A stretch of 64,000 nt of DNA from an uncultured delta proteobacterium. Lineage in GTDB: Bacteria > Myxococcota > B64-G9. The stretch lies in NCBI GenBank assembly GCA_963754925.1, contig CAVWHX010000004.1:96001-160000 (forward strand), written 5' to 3'. Below, piece after piece: positions 55,713 through 64,000 of the stretch. Under the pieces are notes generated by a model, which made no database searches, had not been told where the DNA came from, and saw only the letters and a program-made list of their open reading frames with translations. How positions within the stretch are numbered: position 1 is the first letter of the stretch; each line of letters starts with the position of its first letter. Made by a program: the position numbers and the translations under genes.

Positions 55713-57119
55713 ATGCTCCGCGGACCGTTACTGTCGGTTGTGTTTTTCACAATCGGGATGTTGACGCAAGCGGCGTCGGCAGAAAGTCCGCGTTCCTGCG
55801 CTTTGGACGCCACCATGGCGGCCTGGACCCTGTTGGAGGGCGACTGCCAAAAGGAAGGGCTGGTTTACGGCCAGGGAAGAGCAAAAGGTCCGGAAGGGTC
55901 CATCTATCAGGGCAATTTCTTCGCCGGTCTACCCGATGGCCACGGCACCTTGGTCACTCCGGACGGCAATAAATATGTCGGTGAATTTAAAAAAGGGCTC
56001 AAAGAAGGCGAAGGCACCCTCACCACCACCACGGGCTTGATTTATGTCGGAGAATGGAAACGGGACGCAAAAAACGGACGCGGGACCATGAGCGCGGCCT
56101 CCGGATTTAAATACGACGGCGAATGGAAGGACGACACCCGCAACGGCAAGGGCACCGAGACGCTGCCGGACGGCAGCACCTACATCGGCACGTGGAAAGA
56201 CGGCTCAAAGATAGGGCAAGGAACGCTCACCAACGCCAAGGGTGAGACCTGCGTCGGTGTTTGGAAAGGCGACAGTTTGTCAGGCCAAGGAACCGTTACC
56301 AACGCTCAGGGGGACCGGTTCGAAGGAACGTTCCAGAACGGCAAACGGACGGGAACGGGCACTGAGACTCTGGCCGATGGCTCGAAATTCGTGGGTACCT
56401 GGAAGGAGAATGTCCGTAACGGCCCCGGAACCGAGACGCTCGCGAACGGATCGAAGTATGTGGGAACATGGAAAGACGGTAAACGCAGTGGTCACGGAAC
56501 CGAAACGCTAACCGACGGGTCGAAATACGTCGGAAATTGGAAGGACGGCAAACGCAACGGCCAGGGAACTGAGACGTTAACAGACGGCCGATCGTACACC
56601 GGAGCGTTCAAGGACGGCCTGAGATCCGGCATCGGAACTGAGATTCTTCCCGGCAGCGGCAAGTATGTCGGCGAGTGGAAGGGAAACAAGCGTGAGGGTC
56701 AGGGGACGATGACCACCACGGACGGCAAGAAGTACGTCGGCGGATGGAAAGAAGGCAAAAGCAACGGTCACGGGATATTGACCGCTCCAAATGGTTACCA
56801 ATACGAAGGCGGGTGGGAAGACGGGAAAATGCACGGAAAAGGCAGGTTGTTGCTGCCAAACGGTACCGTGTACCATGGGGAATTTAAGAGCGGCGAACAA
56901 GACGGCCAGGGCACCGAAATCCTAAAAAACGGCACGAAATATATCGGCGAATGGAAAGCTTCGAAGAAGTGCGGCCAAGGCACGAGCACGTTGCCGAACG
57001 GTGCGAGTTATAGCGGTGAATGGATGAACGACAAAGCCAACGGACGGGGAACCCTGACCACTCCGGACGGGAAGCAACACACCGGAACATTCCTGGACGG
57101 AAAGATTATCTCACCGTAA
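55713..57119 (+). CDS. Secreted MORN-repeat protein
   Basis: Signal peptide, then many 23-aa Y.G.WK.G...G.GT repeats. Confidence 0.92.
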   Translation: MLRGPLLSVVFFTIGMLTQAASAESPRSCALDATMAAWTLLEGDCQKEGLVYGQGRAKGPEGSIYQGNFFAGLPDGHGTLVTPDGNKYVGEFKKGLKEGEGTLTTTTGLIYVGEWKRDAKNGRGTMSAASGFKYDGEWKDDTRNGKGTETLPDGSTYIGTWKDGSKIGQGTLTNAKGETCVGVWKGDSLSGQGTVTNAQGDRFEGTFQNGKRTGTGTETLADGSKFVGTWKENVRNGPGTETLANGSKYVGTWKDGKRSGHGTETLTDGSKYVGNWKDGKRNGQGTETLTDGRSYTGAFKDGLRSGIGTEILPGSGKYVGEWKGNKREGQGTMTTTDGKKYVGGWKEGKSNGHGILTAPNGYQYEGGWEDGKMHGKGRLLLPNGTVYHGEFKSGEQDGQGTEILKNGTKYIGEWKASKKCGQGTSTLPNGASYSGEWMNDKANGRGTLTTPDGKQHTGTFLDGKIISP

Positions 57120-57146
57120 CTGCTGTTTCTCGGTCAAAGGTAAAAC

Positions 57147-57278
57147 GGGAGGGCCTTGGGTGTTCGACAGGCGACCGTTAACACCCATGTTTCTCTTTTG
57201 TTATAAATACTGCTAGCATGTCACTTGTTTCTTCCGCTTTCTGCCGCGTGTCGTTCGACGAATACCCAGGGTCCTCCC
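57147..57278 (+). ncRNA. Candidate structured RNA or MITE-like inverted repeat
   Basis: 20-bp closing stem GGGAGGGCCTTGGGTGTTCG / CGAATACCCAGGGTCCTCCC; all three mismatches are G-U pairs on the + strand. Confidence 0.4.
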
Positions 57279-57374
57279 ATTGCAGAACTGAAAAAATTTA
57301 GGTAGTTATCGCATTGCATCAAAGGTGAATCTCATGGTTAAGATAAAGTGGCTGCACGACCAGGGAGGAGTCTG

Positions 57375-59204
57375 GTGATAAAATATTCAAAAGAACAGAT
57401 AGCGCAGTTAGACAAATACTATTCCCCTCCTCGCAACCTGGTGGATCTCTTCGAAGACAGCGTTGCCCGGTTTGGCGATCGCAGGGCCATCGGCCAGAAG
57501 GATCCCGCGACCAAGCAATACGTGTGGATAACGTACCGAGACCTGGCCGAACGAATAAAAAACTTGCGCGGGGCGCTTCAAATATTGGGACTTTTAAAGG
57601 GAGAAACCGTGGGCGTTGTACTAGGCAATTCTATTGAATGGTTTGTTATCGAAAACGCCACCCATGGTCTGGGCGGCCGCTTTGTTCCGCTCTATGAAAA
57701 GGAGCTTACGAAAAGATGGAAGTACATTATCAAGGACAGCTTTATTAAATTCCTTTTTGTCCGCGACCAAAAAATCTACGAAACGATTAAAGACATAAGG
57801 AACGAGGCGCCTGAGATCAAAGACATTTTCATCGTTTATGGACAGGGAGAAAAATCTCTATCCACCCTGGAAGAAAAAGGCAAAAACAATCCGGTGCCTT
57901 CCTATAAGCCGCATTGGAGCGAGATCGCGGAATTGATTTACACCTCCGGCACAACCGACGAGCCCAAAGGAGTGCTTCTCAGTCATGGCAACCTCAGCGC
58001 CTGCTCCCAGTCCGGCTACAAAATTTTTCAGGAGCTGATTGAAACCTCGGTCGCCTTATCGGTTCTTCCCTGGGCCCATTCCTATGCATTGAGCGCCGAG
58101 CTACATAATTTCCTGCAATTCGGCGGCTCGATCGGGATCATGGAATCCCTCGACACGCTCATCCAGGACTTTCAAGCCGTGCGGCCCACCCACCTGATGT
58201 CCGTCCCGCGCCTCTTCAATAAAATCTATAACGGTATACAACTGATGATGGAAGAAACAGGCGGCATAAAAAAGAAGCTCTTCGACGCCGCCTGCGCGGA
58301 GGCAGTGCGTTGCCGGGGCAAGAAAAAAAGCCTCAAGCTTGCAATCCTCGATAAACTGGTGTTTTCGAAAATCCGAGCGCGTTTCGGCGGCAGGCTGGTC
58401 GGCTCGCTGACGGCCAGCGCGGTCATGAATACAGATATTGCAATGTTTTTCAAAGACATCGGCATTATGGTGTACGACTGTTACGGGCTTACCGAGACCG
58501 CGCCGGCCATCACCATGAATTCGCCTCTCAAAGGCAACAAATTTGGGTCCGTCGGCAAACCCGTGGTGAACATGCACGTGAAAATAGATAAGTCCCGCAC
58601 CGGCAATGAATCAGAAGACGGTGAAATTCTGGCCTATGGCGCACATGTGATGATGGGTTATCACAATAAACCGGAACTAGACGCTGCGATTTTCACCAAC
58701 GAAACCTGGAACGGTTTTCCTGGCATTAGAACCGGAGATCTCGGACGATTTGATGAAGACGGGTTCTTGTATGTTACCGGCCGCTTCAAGGACGAATACA
58801 AACTGCTCAACGGAAAATACGTCCATCCCGAATCAATAGAAATTGACATGAAACTCTTGCCGCACGTAGCCAACGCCTTCGTCCACGGCGACGGTAAGGA
58901 ATACAACGTTGCCATCATCGTTCCTGATTTCATAACAATTAAAAAAGATCATCACACATCGAAATGGGCCCACCTGGAGCCAAAAGACATCATTGCTGAT
59001 ATGGAATTCAACTCATTCATCATCAACGAAATCATTGAGCATCTGAAAAAGTCTTTCGCCAATTATGAAATCCCCAAGAAATATATGTTCATCGATCAGG
59101 ATTTCACCCTCGATAACGGCATGCTCACTCAAACCATGAAGGTCGTCCGCCGTGAAGTTATGAAGAATTATGGGGACAGGATAACTCGATTGTACACCAA
59201 CTGA
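57375..59204 (+). CDS. Long-chain fatty acid-CoA ligase
   Basis: YTSGTTDEPKG, YGLTET, RTGDLG, TQTMK..R; GTG after GGGAGGAG. Confidence 0.92.
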   Translation: MIKYSKEQIAQLDKYYSPPRNLVDLFEDSVARFGDRRAIGQKDPATKQYVWITYRDLAERIKNLRGALQILGLLKGETVGVVLGNSIEWFVIENATHGLGGRFVPLYEKELTKRWKYIIKDSFIKFLFVRDQKIYETIKDIRNEAPEIKDIFIVYGQGEKSLSTLEEKGKNNPVPSYKPHWSEIAELIYTSGTTDEPKGVLLSHGNLSACSQSGYKIFQELIETSVALSVLPWAHSYALSAELHNFLQFGGSIGIMESLDTLIQDFQAVRPTHLMSVPRLFNKIYNGIQLMMEETGGIKKKLFDAACAEAVRCRGKKKSLKLAILDKLVFSKIRARFGGRLVGSLTASAVMNTDIAMFFKDIGIMVYDCYGLTETAPAITMNSPLKGNKFGSVGKPVVNMHVKIDKSRTGNESEDGEILAYGAHVMMGYHNKPELDAAIFTNETWNGFPGIRTGDLGRFDEDGFLYVTGRFKDEYKLLNGKYVHPESIEIDMKLLPHVANAFVHGDGKEYNVAIIVPDFITIKKDHHTSKWAHLEPKDIIADMEFNSFIINEIIEHLKKSFANYEIPKKYMFIDQDFTLDNGMLTQTMKVVRREVMKNYGDRITRLYTN

Positions 59205-59239
59205 TTATACATAAAGAGGATGGGGGGAAGCTACCCAAC

Positions 59240-59998
59240 CTATGCCAGAAATCCCCCATCGCACACAATGCAGGTTCCCGTCGTAAAGGACGAAGCGTCG
59301 GAAACGAGATAGAGAACGGCCCCAGCCATTTCGTCAGGTTGAGCTACACGCTGTAATGGTACCATTCTGAGAGCTTCGTTCCTAATAACCTCATTATCAA
59401 CTAACGCTTTGGAGAATTTGGTGTCGGTAAGTCCCGGAAGCAGTGCATTGACCCTGATTTTCTTCAAAGCCAGTTCCTTCGCAAAGCCGAGGGTCATATT
59501 GATGAGCCCCGCCTTGGTTATGGAATACACCCCTTGAAAAAACCCCGGCCGTATACCGTTTATCGACGAGACATTCACGATAGCGCCGCCGCCCGAGGCC
59601 TCCATCAGCGGCACCGCCTTCTGGATCATGAAAAACGGGCCCTTGAGGTTGACGTCGTTTATTTTATCCCACACCCCTTCATCAACGCCGAGCATAAATC
59701 CGAAGTACGGATTGGCCGCCGCATTGTTCACCAAAATATTCAGCTTGCCGAATCGGTTTTTGATTTCATTGATGAGCGCATCGATTTGCTTCATATCCCC
59801 CATGTGGCAGGCGATGGCATCGGCCTTTCCGCCCTGCGATCTGATCTTACTCTCGACCTCTTTCAGCGCATCGATCTTTCTGCTCGATAAGATGCAATGC
59901 GCGCCGTGTTCGGCCAGCGTCGTGGCAATCGATTCGCCGATACCCCGGCTCGCCCCGGTAATTAACGCTACCCTGTCCTTAAGTGAGAAATTGACCAT
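59240..59998 (-). CDS. SDR oxidoreductase (DHRS4-like)
   Basis: TGASRGIG, NNAAANP, YSITK. Confidence 0.92.
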   Translation of the reverse strand: MVNFSLKDRVALITGASRGIGESIATTLAEHGAHCILSSRKIDALKEVESKIRSQGGKADAIACHMGDMKQIDALINEIKNRFGKLNILVNNAAANPYFGFMLGVDEGVWDKINDVNLKGPFFMIQKAVPLMEASGGGAIVNVSSINGIRPGFFQGVYSITKAGLINMTLGFAKELALKKIRVNALLPGLTDTKFSKALVDNEVIRNEALRMVPLQRVAQPDEMAGAVLYLVSDASSFTTGTCIVCDGGFLA

Positions 59999-60024
59999 TT
60001 TTTTACCCTTCCTGTTTACGATTA

Positions 60025-61952
60025 TTAGAGAATCCGCCCCGCCTTATCACCCTCATGGATCGCTTCCAGGAGTCGCCGTGGACTGTTAACGTCGCCGACG
60101 GTCTGGTTTGGAATGCCGAGCTTGTCCAGAACTTCTTGCAAAGCGTTATCCGACTTCGCTCCCAAGGCGGTAACCACCGACGCCGCGGAGAGCTTTTTCT
60201 CCTCATCAGCTTCTTGATAGAATACCATGCCATCCTCTATCTTCGTCACGCGCGCGCCGATGATAATCCGGCCGCCCCCTGTTTAATTCTCTTATGAAGA
60301 AAGTACCCATGGGCCGTAAGCTTTCCCACAGGGAAATAGGGCTGCATCTCGAGAATCGTAACTTCGACGCCGTTGGCGAGCAAAAAGTCGGCCGTCTCCA
60401 TACCGACATACCCGGCGCCGAGAACAACGGCGGGACTTGCGACCTTGACCTTTCCCACCAAGATATCCCGGGCGTCAAAAACGCCGGGGCCCGATATGCC
60501 GGGGATGGGGGGCGTGGTTGGGTAGGCGCCCGCGGCCAGGATGACGGCGTCGGGCCTTTGCTGCGCGAGCTTTTCGCCCGTCACTTCTTGATCAAAGTGC
60601 ACTTTCACCTTGCGCTTTTTCAATTGACGAAGCGACCAATCCACCCAATCCATGAAGATCTTTTTATGCGGAGGACGGCTCGCGGACTGCAGCTGACCTC
60701 CGGCAACCTTTTCTTTTTCGAATACGGTGACATCATGCCCTCGCTCGGAAGCCGCCACGGCGGCGGAAAGACCCGCCGGCCCCGCTCCGATAATCCATAA
60801 CCGCTTCGGGGAATCAATCCTAACCGGCGCCTCTTTGCCCTCTTTCCCACATTCGGGATTGAAGACACAGGTGGTCGATTTATTTTCAAACGTCAGACGT
60901 TCGATGCAACCCTGATTGCACGCTATGCACCAACGGATATCATCGAAATCTCCCGCCCTGGCCTTGTTGACAAAATCGGGATCCGTCAAGTGCTGCCTGC
61001 CGAAGCTGACGAGATCGGCATCGCCGTCGGCGATGGCTTTGTCGGCCATCTCGATGCTGTTTATGCGTCCGACGCCGATTATCGGGACCTTGACGACGTC
61101 TTTGACGGCGCGGGCGCGGAAGAGATTGAATCCCGGAGCCGTATCCATAGAGGCGATACTCAAGTTACCCGGCGTCGAATACACTCCCACGGAAACGTGA
61201 ACGGCATTGACCCCTGCCGCCACCAAGCGGGGCGCAAGCCTCTTCATAAAATCCAGGTCATACCCGTCGCGAATCATCTCATCCGCTGAAACCCGGATAA
61301 GGACGGGATACGCCGGCCCTACCTCTTTTCGCACGGCTTCGATGATCTCCAGGACAAAGCGCGACCGGTTCTCCTCGGACCCGCCATAACGATCCGTTCG
61401 CTGATTGGAAAACGGCGAAAGAAATTGCGTCAGGAGATAGCCGTGGGCTCCATGAATTTCCACGGCGTCAAATCCCGCTTTTTTCGCCCGCGCGGCTGCG
61501 TTGGCGAATGAATCAATGACCTCGGCGATGCGCTCCAGGCTCATCTCTTCGCAAGGTTGACTCAGGATGACGCTGGGGATAGGCGATGGCGCCTCGGGGG
61601 TGCCGCCGGCGGCGATCGCAAAACTCTCGCGCCCCGCATGGTGAAGCTGCAGGGCGGCTTTTCCGCCTTCGCGGTGGACGGCTTCGGGGATCTTCGATAG
61701 CCCCGGAATGAACTCATCACTCCAGGCACCGAGCTCCCGCGGGAATCCCTTCCCGCGCGGGATAACGGCGCAGACCTCGGTGATGATCAGGCCGGTGCCG
61801 CCGCGCGCCCGGCGGCCGAGATAGTGAACCAGCCTATCGCTCACCGTGCTGTCGGCATTTGCGTAGCCGGTCGCCATGGCGGGCATGACCACCCGATTCT
61901 TCAACGTCATGCCGGCAATGGTTATCGGTGAAAAGAGATGATCGAACGTCAT
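60025..61952 (-). CDS. NADH:flavin oxidoreductase (OYE / 2,4-dienoyl-CoA reductase-like), frameshift in a G run near 60278
   Basis: LKNRVVMPAM, HGAHGYL, CIACNQGC (Fe-S), GAGPAG; the tail ...GDVNSPRR..EAIHEG lies in the shifted frame. Confidence 0.9.
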
Positions 61953-62161
61953 GGTGTCTCCTTCGCGAACAAAAAATGTTTAAAATGACAGAATATGTCA
62001 AGCGAAATTCTCAAGATATTGACATCATGTTTCATCTTGGCATAGTTCTAAAAAGAATTAGAGTATCATGGATAGCTAGCAGCGTAGGTCAATAATAAAT
62101 ATCTTGTGTTGTGCTGATTGTGGGGTATAAACTAATTTAAGGTAATGATAGGTACACAAGC

Positions 62162-62716
62162 ATGACTGCCTTCCTCAAAGAAGAAAAGATTGTCCACGAA
62201 AAACGCGAAGTGTTCACACTGGGCCACAGCAATCATTCATTAGATGACTTTCTCAAATTACTTCAAGAAAATAAAATTGAGGTTCTCGTCGACGCGCGTA
62301 GCCAACCATACAGTCGTTACTTACCCCATTTCTCTCGGGAATCGCTTCAGCAAGAAGTCGAAGGATTATCAATCCGTTATCTTTTCATGGGCGATTCTCT
62401 CGGTGGAAGACCAAAGCAGGCGGATTGTTACGATACTCAAGGCAATGTCCTCTACAATAGGATTCGAGAGCAAGAATTTTTCAAGGAGGGCATTCGTCGT
62501 CTTTTGAACGGCATTGATCGTTTTCGTGTTTGCGTACTTTGCAGCGAGGAGAATCCCCGCCACTGCCATCGATCTTTATTGGTTGGAAAGGCGTTGGTTG
62601 ATCTTGGAGTTGAAGTTCAGCACATCCGAGGGAATGGAAGCATTGAGCATGAAATTACCGTTTCGACAACGCATGAAATCAATAACCAACGAAGAAACCA
62701 GCTCTCTCTCTTCTAA
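62162..62716 (+). CDS. DUF488 family protein
   Basis: FTLGHSN, LVDARS.P.S, LGGRP, LCSEENPRHCHR, HI. Confidence 0.88.
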   Translation: MTAFLKEEKIVHEKREVFTLGHSNHSLDDFLKLLQENKIEVLVDARSQPYSRYLPHFSRESLQQEVEGLSIRYLFMGDSLGGRPKQADCYDTQGNVLYNRIREQEFFKEGIRRLLNGIDRFRVCVLCSEENPRHCHRSLLVGKALVDLGVEVQHIRGNGSIEHEITVSTTHEINNQRRNQLSLF

Positions 62717-62725
62717 ATAAGAAAG

Positions 62726-63163
62726 ATGATACTTTTCACTATCGGATTTACCAAGAAAACCGCACGGCAGTTTTTCGAAGCACTCAACGGTGCTGGAGTA
62801 AAGAAACTTATAGACATCCGGCTCAACAACACATCACAACTTGCTGGCTTTACCAAAAGGGAAGATCTTGAGTATTTCGCTCAAACTATCTGTAGAGCCT
62901 CCTACCACCACATGCCAAACCTTGCGCCTACTCAAGAAATTCTTGATTCGCTGAAGAAACATAACGGAACCTGGGCGGAATATGAACAAAGTTTCAAATC
63001 TCTATTACACAAACGCGGCGCCATAGATAAACTGGAACGAAGTTTCTTTGAAGAACCATGCTGTTTGCTCTGCAGCGAAGCAACACCAGAACATTGTCAT
63101 CGCCGTCTCGTAGCCGAGGAAATCCAACGACGTTGGCCGGATACTGTGATTAAACACCTGTAA
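62726..63163 (+). CDS. DUF488 family protein, second subtype
   Basis: FTIGFTKK, DIRLNNTSQLAGF, LAPT, LCSEATPEHCHRR. Confidence 0.88.
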   Translation: MILFTIGFTKKTARQFFEALNGAGVKKLIDIRLNNTSQLAGFTKREDLEYFAQTICRASYHHMPNLAPTQEILDSLKKHNGTWAEYEQSFKSLLHKRGAIDKLERSFFEEPCCLLCSEATPEHCHRRLVAEEIQRRWPDTVIKHL

Positions 63164-63180
63164 CTCCTAAGTGTTATAAC

Positions 63181-63873
63181 ATGCCTAGGGTTCATTTCAT
63201 TTGCCTTGCAAACTCCCGAAAGAATACGGGCCGCTGTGTAGCAGGTATTTGTATAGACAAACAGTGTTGGATTCAACCAATTAGTGCCCTCGAAGATGGT
63301 AAACTCATGCGTGAATATATAATGAGTAATAACAAAGAGGCATGTCTACTTGATGAGATCGAAATAGACGTGGTTGAGCCTAAACCAGAACCGCATCAAC
63401 CAGAAAACTGGCTACTCGGATCTTCGAATTGGCAACTGGTTCAACAGATTCCCGCAGCTTCGGCGATAAAATATCTAACGCCTTTCATCGTTTCTGATCC
63501 GTTACTATTTGGAGACGAGTATAATTGTATTCCTTATGAGAACTTTCTTCGACAACCAGCTCAAAAATCTTTAATCCTAGTTGAGCCTGACACAATTTCT
63601 TGGTTAATCAAGGAGAATATCCGTGGCACCCGCCAGACACGATGTGTTTTCACTCTTGCTGGTAAAGTATACAATCTTGTGATCACAGATCCAGTATTCG
63701 AAAACCGCGCATCAAAATTGGAGTTTGGAAATCACACCTATAATGATGTGGGCATTACATCGACCGACCGTGTCTTTCTAACCATCAGTTTAGCTGAACC
63801 ATTCCGGGACCAGGCTGTGGGATGTGATATGTGCTACAAACTTGTTGCCGCGGTACTTGTACTTCCACAATAA
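63181..63873 (+). CDS. Dual OB-fold-containing domain protein
   Basis: CLANSRK..GRCVAG, WI.P, HQPEN, SL.L, ITDP, LTISL, CYKLVAAV. Confidence 0.75.
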   Translation: MPRVHFICLANSRKNTGRCVAGICIDKQCWIQPISALEDGKLMREYIMSNNKEACLLDEIEIDVVEPKPEPHQPENWLLGSSNWQLVQQIPAASAIKYLTPFIVSDPLLFGDEYNCIPYENFLRQPAQKSLILVEPDTISWLIKENIRGTRQTRCVFTLAGKVYNLVITDPVFENRASKLEFGNHTYNDVGITSTDRVFLTISLAEPFRDQAVGCDMCYKLVAAVLVLPQ

Positions 63874-63919
63874 TATCTGGACTCTTGGTGAACCTACATT
63901 TGAGCAATACTCTTGCACC

Positions 63920-64000
63920 TTAGTCTTCAAAATGCCTGGTCTGCATCGATACCGTCAACCCATCGGGATTCATGAGTCGTGTGCGCAGCCCTTCGATCTT
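63920..64000 (-). CDS. Possible 3' end of a gene entering from the right edge
   Basis: Open frame KIEGLRTRLMNPDGLTVSMQTRHFED* ending at 63920. Confidence 0.35.
   Translation of the reverse strand, partial: KIEGLRTRLMNPDGLTVSMQTRHFED

Noticed and set aside
55950..57100. Periodic 69-nt repeats suggesting a CRISPR or tandem array
   Set aside because: They are degenerate in-frame coding MORN repeats with no identical repeat-spacer structure.

Overview
GC-rich bacterial chromosome segment, most consistent with a deltaproteobacterium or myxobacterium-like organism (FHA-FHA-sigma54 activator, TIGR03960 radical SAM next to RNase G, myxobacterial-type lipoprotein). It is mostly housekeeping: cspA, ligA, rseP, tsaB, ftsY, smc, thiG-thiH-thiS-thiE, plus a concentration of folate/one-carbon genes (folD, panB, panE, metF, double-domain thyX and a 1206-aa SHMT-GcvT-GcvT fusion). 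AT-richer accessory patches are interspersed: lipid catabolic genes, a Zn-ribbon GNAT paired with a tandem AdoMetDC-like gene, and a DUF488-DUF488-dual-OB operon at the right end. Non-coding signals are a four-copy covarying TTAG hairpin family, two copies of which are nested in composite TIR-bounded REP/MITE-like elements, and a 132-nt G-U-rich hairpin. At least seven genes, including smc, carry single-base indels, which points to sequencing or assembly errors. No rRNA, tRNA, CRISPR array, transposase or integrase was recognised. All family assignments come from motif recognition, not database searches.
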